DNA from: Oscillospiraceae bacterium
Lineage (GTDB): Bacteria; Bacillota; Clostridia; Oscillospirales; Oscillospiraceae
Assembly (NCBI GenBank): GCA_015067565.1
Contig: SVMF01000012.1
Location: 3,059-67,058, forward strand
Direction: 5' to 3'
Length of the DNA stretch: 64,000 bases
The notes below the pieces were generated by a model. It was not told the DNA's origin. It ran no database searches and saw nothing but the letters and a program-made list of their open reading frames with translations. A program made the position numbers and the translations under genes. Position 1 is the first letter of the stretch; the number at the start of each line of letters is the position of its first letter. Shown one piece after another: positions 9,113 to 17,900 of the stretch.

Positions 9113-9493
9113 CTATCTTCTTTTACGCATCGCACCCATTAGGCTCCCCAGAGCGCCGCCCCCCAGGATCACTGAGAGCATTGATAAGATCCCTTGAAAA
9201 CCGATTCCGAAGAAGAGCATATTGCCGGCCAGCAACACCAGTCCATATGTCACAGCGGTGGCCATCGCCCACAGTGCTTTCTTTTGCGGCATCTTGAATG
9301 CACAATACAAGCTAAGTAAAAATGCAGTCAGCCCCGCAATTAGATAAACGCACAGCATCGTTCGTTCCTCGGCAATCACTCCCTCAAGAATCAGCTTGGC
9401 TGCCAAAAGTGCAAACAGAATCGTCAGCAACGGCATCGCGATCAAGATCCTTACGAAGACTGATTTACACTTGTACTCCCCTCTCCTACTCAT
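9113..9493 (-). CDS. Small 4-TM membrane protein (TIGR04086/DUF3792-like)
   Basis: Four hydrophobic segments, GGGALGSLMG then a basic C-terminus; GGGGGAG RBS. Confidence 0.65.
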   Translation of the reverse strand: MSRRGEYKCKSVFVRILIAMPLLTILFALLAAKLILEGVIAEERTMLCVYLIAGLTAFLLSLYCAFKMPQKKALWAMATAVTYGLVLLAGNMLFFGIGFQGILSMLSVILGGGALGSLMGAMRKRR

Positions 9494-9519
9494 AACACTC
9501 CCCCCTTTCCAGATACAAG

Positions 9520-9547
9520 AGCGTATGTGTCTGTCCCATGAATTATG
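9520..9547 (-). promoter_or_regulatory. sigma-E-like sporulation promoter
   Basis: ATA-16 bp-CATACGCT on the minus strand upstream of the membrane-protein gene. Confidence 0.4.
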
Positions 9548-9740
9548 TTTTATATTTTTTATGTTTCAAATAGGATGTCACTAACCCAGTTTTGTGATAT
9601 TCGCAAATTTTCCCTTGACGCTTTGTGTTTTATTTAGTGATAAAAAAATCAAAAACAGATAGCATTTTGGAAAAATATGTTGTATAATTAATGTGTATGT
9701 GTATGGATGTTAGTATCCATAAATTTAGGAGGGAATCTTG

Positions 9741-12700
9741 ATGAAAAAGCACTGTTTATCCAGCCGATTGCTTGCATTTCTCTTAATGATTGCAATCGCA
9801 CTGTCGATGCTCCCGAGCGTGACGGTATTTGCGGCCACGGGAACCTTGACTCGCAACACCGCTGTTCGCCATGTCGTGTGCGAGCAACTGTCCACCAAAG
9901 CCAAAGCCTATTACACGGGTTCTAATGTGTACGAGAGTCTTTCGCAGCTCAGTGGTGTTTCTGCTCCGACCAATAGCTATACCGCTACGCAGAACAATCC
10001 TCTGTACACAGCACTGCAAACGCTGATGACGGATACGCAGCAAAAGATCAGCGAGTATAACCCCAGCGGTGAAACCAATACTGAGCTGAGCTACCTCTGG
10101 GATTACACAGACGCTTCTGCCGGTTCCAATGAATACCTGTATTTCTACACAGACATTCCGGCCGATGATTATGGTACAAGTGAATTGCAGCGAGAGCATA
10201 TCTGGCCAAGATCAAGAGCTTCCTTTGACTATCTCAACGGAGGCGCAGATCTTCACCACCTGCGCCCATCTATCGGTACGGTCAACAGTGCAAAGAGTGA
10301 CCATCGCTTTGCAAATGTCCGCAATAACTACAGCACCTATAGTACTACCACGATTGATGGAAAGGATGTTATTTGGGTCAATGCAAACTCCGGTGTTCTG
10401 GAGGTTCGTGACAATGTCAAGGGCGATATTGCCCGCATTCTGCTGTATGTCTACTGTCGCTGGGCGCAGCCAAATCTTTACTCTGACGTTTCTAATAGCT
10501 ATCTCCCTCCCTTTGATGAAGATGATACATCAAACAACGGCAAACGTATGATCGAAAATTTTGACACTCTGCTGGAATGGATGGAAATGGATCCCGTCGA
10601 CAACTGGGAAATGACAAGAAACGACCAGACAGAAAACTATCAAGGTAACCGCAATGTTTTCATTGACTATCCTGAATTTGCCTGGCTGATGTTTAACGAG
10701 ACCCCTCCCACAACGATGAAAACCCCTTCCGGCAAGGCTGCTTCCGGCAGCAGCGCACCTGCATATGCGATTACCGCAATTTCGAGCAATACCAATTACG
10801 GCACTGTAACCCTCAACGGCAATGTCATTACCGCCACCCCGAAGTCCGGATATGAGGTCTCCGGCTATACGCTGATGAGCGGTACAGCCACGGTTGCTCA
10901 GAACGGCAATGTCTTTACCGTGAACGCATCATCGGATTGTAAGATCCGAATCAATTTCCGTGCCATCACTTATACCATCACAGCCTATGCCAACAATTCT
11001 GCCTACGGCTCTGTGAGTGTCAATGGTTACACGATCACCGCAACGCCAAACGAAGGCTATCAGGTTTCAGGCTACACTCTCATCAGCGGTAGCGCAACTG
11101 TGAGCAGAAACGGCAATATCTTTACATTGACCCCCAAGGCTAACAGTACCGTTCAGATCAACTTCTCCCCCATCGCTTTCAACATCACAGCGACACCGAA
11201 CTACACCTCTTATGGATCCGTCACTGTGGACGGATACACCGTCACAGCCACCCCCAAGGCAGGCTATGAGGTTGTCGGCTATGAGCTTCTGTCCGGTAGC
11301 GCAACGGTGGTGCAGAACGGCAATGTTTTTACCCTCACTCCTACCAGTGATTGCAATATCCAAATTAACTTTGCTAAGATCGTCTATGCGCTCAGCGCAA
11401 CCACCAACAGCAACGCTTACGGCACGGTCAGTATCGACGGCTACATCATCACGGCCATCCCGAATGACGGCTATATCGCCAACGGCTACACCATTGTCAG
11501 TGGTACCGCCACCGTTGTGCAGGACGGCAATACCTTCACCGTCACTCCCACCTCTGACTGTGTAATCCGTATTAATTTCGTCTCCCTGACGGGTTGTACG
11601 ATCGACTTTATTACTCCTGATGGTGTATCGCAAAATCCAATCAGCGGTTATGACGGTGAGACTATCACGCTTCCCACCCCCACCGGAACTCCGAAGGCCG
11701 ACGCTTATGACTACACCTTCCTCGGCTGGACGACCTCCGAGGTGAACAACGCAACCAATGAGCCTACAATTTTGAAGGCAGGCCAAAGCTACATCCTGCA
11801 TGAGAATGTTACGCTATATGCTCTTTACACCTACGCCATCGGCGCAACGAACGAAACACACTATACCCGTGTAACCGACACAAGTAAGCTCAAGGACGGT
11901 GCACAGGTTGTCATCGCTGCACAGGATTCCTCCTATGCCATTGCAACAACGCAGAGCAGCAGTTCTCGCTCTGCCGCTTCAATCACCAAGAACACCTCCA
12001 ATGATACCATCACCTTCAGCGGAAGTGTCTGCGTCTTTACGCTCCGCCCCGGCACCAAGAGCGACACCTGGGCTTTTTATGACAGTACGAACAACGGATA
12101 TATTTATGCTTCCTCATCCAAGAGCAACGCCATGAACACCCAGGCTACGATCAACGATAACTCCTCCTTTACGATCACCTTCTCCACAGACGGTGCCATC
12201 ATAACTGCACAGGGCGCAAATACGATGAACACGATTGGCTTCTACGGATTCTCCTTCTTCTATGCATATTTCACCTGCTACTCCGCCACGAGCAGCAGCA
12301 GAGGCCCTGTTGATCTTTACATGATGACCTCTGTCGGCACGACCTATTATACGACAGTTCTGGAGTCCGTTTGTGAGCACGACTTTGTTGAGGACAAGCG
12401 AATTGAGCCAGACTGCACAACAGCCGGCAAAGCGACCTTCAAATGCACCCTCTGCGGCGAATCCTACGATGAGGAACTCCCCGCATTAGGACACAGCTAT
12501 AGCTACACCTCAACCGTTGCTCCCACCGAGTCCGAACAGGGCTATGACATCTACACCTGCTCCGACTGTGGGCTGACTATGAATCAAAATTATACTCAAC
12601 CCACCGGCTATAATTATCGCGTCGATTTTGTCGTTCCAGAAGGCGTAACCGCACCCGCCTCGATAACCAGCAACAGCATCACCGGAGCAACGCTGCCGAG

Positions 12701-14585
12701 CCTGAACGGAAAGCCCACAAATGATGAAAACAATGCACAGTTCATCGGTTGGTCCGCCGTCAAGATCGACCATTCCGACAAAGAAACCACCTATTATGCC
12801 GCTGGCAGTAAGTTCACTGCAACCGGAAATACTACCTTGTACGCACTTTACAGCTATAAAGTCAGCAGTGGTGTCTGCGATCCCTTTGTTTACGGTGAAA
12901 GCGGAAAATTCGTTTTGGCAGCTGTCATGAACGGAACTTATTATGCCATTCCGAATTCCTTCACCCTCTCGAGCGGTATGATCTATCCCACAGTTATCAC
13001 CGTCGAGAATGGCGAGGTCACCGATCCGAACGCTGCGAATTTTGAAGTCATCCTGACCTATTACACTTCTGGCTATTACACAATAAGCAACGGCAGCAAG
13101 TATCTGGCCTACTCCGGCAGCTCCACCAGTTTTGCTGAAGCAGCAACGACCGCGTACAATTGGCAAATCAGCACCGGTACTCGCGGCACTTGGAGAATCA
13201 GCGAGACAAGCACGACAGGCACTCCCAGAGCGATTGCCTACTATAATCTCAGCACGAGTGCTCCGCGTTTTGGTGTGTATTCAGCGTCCAACCTGACCTC
13301 ATCCTCTACTCTGTTCTACGAAATGGAGATTCTACCGATCAGCGGAATGGGTGCAACGACCTACTACACAACCAGTTTTGAAATTTGTGAACACAAGACA
13401 ACTGAGGCCATCAGACTCGAGGCAACCTGCACCAAGCCCGGCTCCATTACCTACATCTGCACCAACTGTAAGGACGTTGTTTCCACCGAAACCATTCCGA
13501 CCGCCGAGCACAGCTTCACCTACACCAATAACGACGAAGACCATACCATTGGATGCGCAAATTGCAACTACTCCGTCACCGAGCCCCACACATACGAAGA
13601 CGGCAATTGCATCTGCGGTGCAACCGAGGTTGTTGAGCCGACTGAGGAATATGTTGAGACCCTAAAGCCCAGCATGAGCATCGTTGTCGGTGCGGAAATG
13701 AGCGTTGCATTTACCGTCAATCAGTCCATGGTATCCAAGTACGAGAGCTTCTACCTCGTTGTCGAGAAGGATATGGTTGGCGCAGAGCCCAAGACGGTTA
13801 CCTTCGGCTACGGCGAAGGCCAGACGGCTCTGACTCCGATGCCCAATGCAACAAATCCGTTCCTGCACAATGCAAGCTTCACCGGCCTGACCGCAAAGGA
13901 AATGGGCGACGAAATCAGAGCAACGCTGTACTGCGCGGACGCAGAAGGCAACATCTTCTACGGCCCGACACAGACGGACTCCGTCAAGGATTACCTGATG
14001 AGAGGCCTGGATCTGGCAACCAGCACCGATGCAAAGAAGACCATGTATGTCGATATGCTCCGCTATGGTGCAGTCGCACAGACCTACTTCGACTACGACA
14101 CGGACAATCTGGTTACGGACGATCTGACGGAGGAACACCTGACCTACGCAACCACCGAGATCCCCGAGGCAGTCGATGGTTCCAAGGCAGAGGGCGGCCT
14201 CGGCACGCTGAACACCAGCGTCGTTTTGAAGGCAAGAGTCACCCTGACGCTGTCCCATCTGAAGCCGGGTGCAAACCTTGCAAACATGAAGTTCGTTGTC
14301 AAGGACGCACTCGATGGCACTGTTATCAAGGAGCTGCCTGCTTACAACCTCAACCCCGTCATGATTGCAGCAGACTTTGACGATGTTGGCGCAAAGCAGA
14401 TGAGAAGACTCATCACCGTCACTCTGTACGACGGCGACACTGCCATTACCGATACCGTGACCTGGAGCGTTGAGAGCTATGTTGCAAAGACTCGTGCAAC
14501 GAGCACCGACGTAGGCCAGATCGATCTGGTCAACGCAATGCTCACCTATGGTGATGCCGTTGCTGCCTACATGGCAACGCAATAA
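9741..14585 (+). CDS. Protein A: secreted endonuclease I (Bsn/EndA-type) modular surface protein with the conserved C-terminal module
   Basis: Signal peptide; REHIWPRS..DLHHLRP..VNS, KGDIARILLY, QGNRNVFIDYPE. Also four 69-aa repeats, two InlB-B-repeat-like (Listeria-Bacteroides) domains, beta-rich modules, Cys/His repeats, cap and tail. AGGAGG RBS. Confidence 0.88.
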   Translation: MKKHCLSSRLLAFLLMIAIALSMLPSVTVFAATGTLTRNTAVRHVVCEQLSTKAKAYYTGSNVYESLSQLSGVSAPTNSYTATQNNPLYTALQTLMTDTQQKISEYNPSGETNTELSYLWDYTDASAGSNEYLYFYTDIPADDYGTSELQREHIWPRSRASFDYLNGGADLHHLRPSIGTVNSAKSDHRFANVRNNYSTYSTTTIDGKDVIWVNANSGVLEVRDNVKGDIARILLYVYCRWAQPNLYSDVSNSYLPPFDEDDTSNNGKRMIENFDTLLEWMEMDPVDNWEMTRNDQTENYQGNRNVFIDYPEFAWLMFNETPPTTMKTPSGKAASGSSAPAYAITAISSNTNYGTVTLNGNVITATPKSGYEVSGYTLMSGTATVAQNGNVFTVNASSDCKIRINFRAITYTITAYANNSAYGSVSVNGYTITATPNEGYQVSGYTLISGSATVSRNGNIFTLTPKANSTVQINFSPIAFNITATPNYTSYGSVTVDGYTVTATPKAGYEVVGYELLSGSATVVQNGNVFTLTPTSDCNIQINFAKIVYALSATTNSNAYGTVSIDGYIITAIPNDGYIANGYTIVSGTATVVQDGNTFTVTPTSDCVIRINFVSLTGCTIDFITPDGVSQNPISGYDGETITLPTPTGTPKADAYDYTFLGWTTSEVNNATNEPTILKAGQSYILHENVTLYALYTYAIGATNETHYTRVTDTSKLKDGAQVVIAAQDSSYAIATTQSSSSRSAASITKNTSNDTITFSGSVCVFTLRPGTKSDTWAFYDSTNNGYIYASSSKSNAMNTQATINDNSSFTITFSTDGAIITAQGANTMNTIGFYGFSFFYAYFTCYSATSSSRGPVDLYMMTSVGTTYYTTVLESVCEHDFVEDKRIEPDCTTAGKATFKCTLCGESYDEELPALGHSYSYTSTVAPTESEQGYDIYTCSDCGLTMNQNYTQPTGYNYRVDFVVPEGVTAPASITSNSITGATLPSLNGKPTNDENNAQFIGWSAVKIDHSDKETTYYAAGSKFTATGNTTLYALYSYKVSSGVCDPFVYGESGKFVLAAVMNGTYYAIPNSFTLSSGMIYPTVITVENGEVTDPNAANFEVILTYYTSGYYTISNGSKYLAYSGSSTSFAEAATTAYNWQISTGTRGTWRISETSTTGTPRAIAYYNLSTSAPRFGVYSASNLTSSSTLFYEMEILPISGMGATTYYTTSFEICEHKTTEAIRLEATCTKPGSITYICTNCKDVVSTETIPTAEHSFTYTNNDEDHTIGCANCNYSVTEPHTYEDGNCICGATEVVEPTEEYVETLKPSMSIVVGAEMSVAFTVNQSMVSKYESFYLVVEKDMVGAEPKTVTFGYGEGQTALTPMPNATNPFLHNASFTGLTAKEMGDEIRATLYCADAEGNIFYGPTQTDSVKDYLMRGLDLATSTDAKKTMYVDMLRYGAVAQTYFDYDTDNLVTDDLTEEHLTYATTEIPEAVDGSKAEGGLGTLNTSVVLKARVTLTLSHLKPGANLANMKFVVKDALDGTVIKELPAYNLNPVMIAADFDDVGAKQMRRLITVTLYDGDTAITDTVTWSVESYVAKTRATSTDVGQIDLVNAMLTYGDAVAAYMATQ
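10764..11591 (+). repeat. Four tandem 207-bp (69-aa) repeats in protein A
   Basis: Consensus ITA..N..YG.V.V.GY.+TATP..GY.V.GY.L.SG.ATV.QNGN.FT+TP.SDC.I.INF. Confidence 0.9.
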
Positions 14586-14591
14586 GAATAA

Positions 14592-14626
14592 CGGACCCGG
14601 GATAGGCTAAAGCCTGTCCCGGGTTT
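14592..14626. terminator. Hairpin after A (CCCGGGATAGG family)
   Basis: ACCCGGGATAGGCT-AAA-GCCTGTCCCGGGTTTT. Confidence 0.75.
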
Positions 14627-14652
14627 TCGTATGTGTATTTACACGCACCATT

Positions 14653-14677
14653 GTAGGGAACGGCTATGGCCGTCCGC
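14653..14677 (+). repeat. REP-like GTAG-hairpin; second copy at 55545-55567 (minus)
   Basis: GTAG-GGAACGGC-TAT-GGCCGTCC; GTAG plus a short palindrome is the REP architecture. Confidence 0.45.
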
Positions 14678-14890
14678 CGGGAGACCGCTGTATCCCCCTG
14701 TGGATAGCAGGTTTGCAAGGTCGCATGTCATTGTGTGTAAGGTGAGGAATCTGTGTGCTTGTATGTATTCTTCCCTAGTCAAGATTTTTCGGTCATGTTT
14801 TCTCCTTAAAATGAGATGGCATGTGGTGCCTGCAAACGTTTTCCGTGCGACGCGACACTATAAACACGCCACAATATTGTGCGTTACAGT

Positions 14891-14928
14891 AAAACCCGGG
14901 ATAGGCTGGCCTATCCCGGGTTCTTCGG
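14891..14928. terminator. Hairpin after B (CCCGGGATAGG family)
   Basis: AAAACCCGGGATAGG-CTGG-CCTATCCCGGGTT. Confidence 0.8.
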
Positions 14929-14931
14929 TTT

Positions 14932-17900
14932 TTATTGGGTTGCCATGTAGGCAGCAACAGCGTCACCGTAGGTGAGCATTGCGTTGACGAGGTCAATTTG
15001 GCCTGCATCGGTGCTGGTTGCACGAATCTTGGCAACATAGCTCTCAACGCTCCAGGTGACGGTCTGCGTGATCGCCTCTTTTCCGTCATACAAAGTCACC
15101 GAGATCAATCTTCTCATTTGCTTCGCGCCGACATCATCGAAATCTGCACTGACCATAATGCCATTTGTAGTTGCTTCAATTTCCTCGATAATCACGCCCG
15201 TTTTGGCATCCTTGACAACAAACTTCATGTTTTCAACATTCGCTCCCGGCAGTACCGTATTAAGTGACAAGGTGACTCTTGCCTTCAATACGACGCTGGT
15301 ATTGAGGATCTTCTGATTGCCCACGGCATTCGATAAATCCGTTGCATCCGGTAGCGTATTGGTTGCAAAGTCCCTATACTCCTCGGGCAGATCATCCACA
15401 ACGAGATTGTCTTCATTGTAATTGAAATATCTCTGTGCAACAGAGCCGTATGTGAGCATATCCACATACATCGTCTTTTGCGGTTCGGTTGTCGTATCAA
15501 GAGCAAGCCCTCTGATGAGGTAGTTTTTGATGGAATCGGTCTTTGTCGGGCCGTAGTAAATCGTGCCATCGGCAGCTACGGCATAGAGCGTTGCAGAAAT
15601 GGTGTCACCCATTTCCTTAGCCGTGATACCGGTGAAGGCGCAGTTGAACATAAACGGTGTGCCGGTAGCAGGCAGTGCCGTAAACGGTTCATTGCCATCT
15701 GCAAATCCATAAGTCACCTGCTTCTTATCACCATCGAAGACCTCCTTCTCGATGACAAGATAGAAATCCTCATATTGGCCAACCACCGAATTCATGACCG
15801 AGAATGCAACGCTCATTTCAGCACCGACAATGATGGACATGCTTGCCATGAGATCCTTATTATAGTGCACAGCAGCTTCATCCGCACCGCAAATGCACTT
15901 GCCATCTTCGAAGGTGTGGATTTCAGCGATACGATAATCGCAGTTTGCGCAGGAAACTGTGTGCTCCTTTCCGTTATTAGTGTAGCTAAGCTTATGCCCC
16001 AGCGCAGGCTTGACCACAAAGGATTCGGGGATGTCATAAATATAGGTATCATCGGTAAAATAACGCAGGCAATTTTTGCATTGATAATAGCTGCGGTTTC
16101 CATCTTGTGTGCAGGACGGCGACACAGCAGCATAGAAATCTCCATCATGACCCTTGGCCGGGATTTCCTCTGTTGTGATAAAAATCTCACAATCAGCACA
16201 ATAAACTCTCTGCTCGCCGCTTTCTTCACAAGTGGCTTCTCTGTCCACGATCATCGTTTTTTCACTGTGATTGCACAACGCAGCATTGCACCATATGCAG
16301 GTGAAATTCTCAGCCTCGTGCGGACGGAGCTCGGAATAGTCGCAATGATTACATTTGACAATGTGGTTTTCACCGTTGTCGGTGTACACGCAATCGTGAC
16401 CGGTAGCCGCAACTTCGTCTGTGATATAGCTGTCGAAACAGACTCTGCAGGTATGCTTCGTAAAGCCATGTTCCGTGCAGGTCGCAGCCGTTACCTCGGA
16501 TTCATAGCTATGCCCGATGGCTTCGAGAATCTCGCGTTCGATTTCCTCGTTGCATACCAGACAAATGACACTTCTGAAGCCATCCTCGGTGCAGGTTGCT
16601 TCCTGCAGCGTTTCGGTGGTCTCACCGTGACCTAAGGCAGGGATCGTTTCCGTTGCGATCACCGCTTCGCAATCAATGCAGGTGAAGGTTTTCAATCCAT
16701 CTTCCGTGCAGGTCGCAGCCTGTACAGTTTCGTTGGTTTCTCCGTGTCCGGTAGCCGAAATTGCCTCAGTCTTGATCACCTCATCACACACAAGGCAGGT
16801 GATCGTTCTAAGGCCATCTTCAGTACAGGTCGATTCTATGATCGTTTCTTCGGTCTCACCGTGGCCCAGAGCTTCGATTGCTTCGATGTAGCTTTCTCCG
16901 CAAGCACAAGCAAACAGCTTAGTGCCCTCTTCGGTGCAAGTGGGGGCCAGGACGAGAGTTTCTTGGTAGCTGTGTCCCAGCGCATCGGTAGGATCATCTG
17001 TGTAGGTATCGGGGCAATTCTTACAGGTGTAGGTCGTATATCCTTCGTGAGTACAAGTGGGATCTGTTACGACCGCCTCATAATCGTGACCTAATGCCTC
17101 GATCACAATACTTTCTTCATAGCCGCAGGTTTCGCAAACAACGCCCTTGCTTCCCTCTTCGGTGCAGGTCGGCTCTTTGAGCAATGTCTCTGTGCCAAAG
17201 CGATGCCCAAGCGCAGGAACGATCTGTTCCTTTGAGCTTTCGCCACAGTTGGAGCAAGTAGTTGTTGTATAGCCATCGTCCGTGCAGCTCGGCGGCGTCA
17301 CACTCGAGGTATAGGTGTGTCCGAGCGGTTCGACATAGTCCTGATCATATGAATCATTGCAACCATTTTGGCAAGTGTAGGTCGTAAAGCCCTGCTCTGT
17401 GCAGGTCGGAGCCGTCACAACCGCCGAATAGTTATGCGCCAAGGGAGCAATGTATTCGTCATAGTCATAACCACAAACCTTGCAGGTATACAGATGATAA
17501 CCTGGCTGTATGCAGGTCGCAGGCTGCGGTGTTGTTTTGGTAAATGTACATTTTGTATGCGTCGAATCCACAAACGATTCCTGATAGATTGCCAAGAAGG
17601 TCGAATTGCTCTTGCTTGTGGAGTTATAGATCGTAAATGCAGCAAAATGGTTGTTATTAAAATTAGGGGAAATTGCCCCACCGGTATTGTTGCAGACAGG
17701 AATCGTAAGGGACTTTGTCTTGTACGGTTCAATCGTCACACTGAGATTCAGACGTGTATAGTACCCGTTATTCTCAGTTCCGCCGTATGTATAGGTCACA
17801 TCATTATAGGTATAGGTTGAATTGCTTGTGCTGACCGTGCATCTGGACTTATCAACAACAAATCCGCTATACAACTCGATTCGCAGAGATTTAACCCTCG

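Larger units (their letters stand above)
13625..15050 (+). repeat. Left arm of a ~1.4-kb inverted repeat (A tail + spacer + end of B)
   Basis: Reverse complement of ~55170-56595; paired coordinates sum to ~70220 throughout. Confidence 0.9.

Noticed and set aside
14775-14810. AGGAG-preceded mini-ORF MTEKS* conserved in both spacer copies
   Set aside because: Only five codons, and the conservation is explained by the duplication itself.
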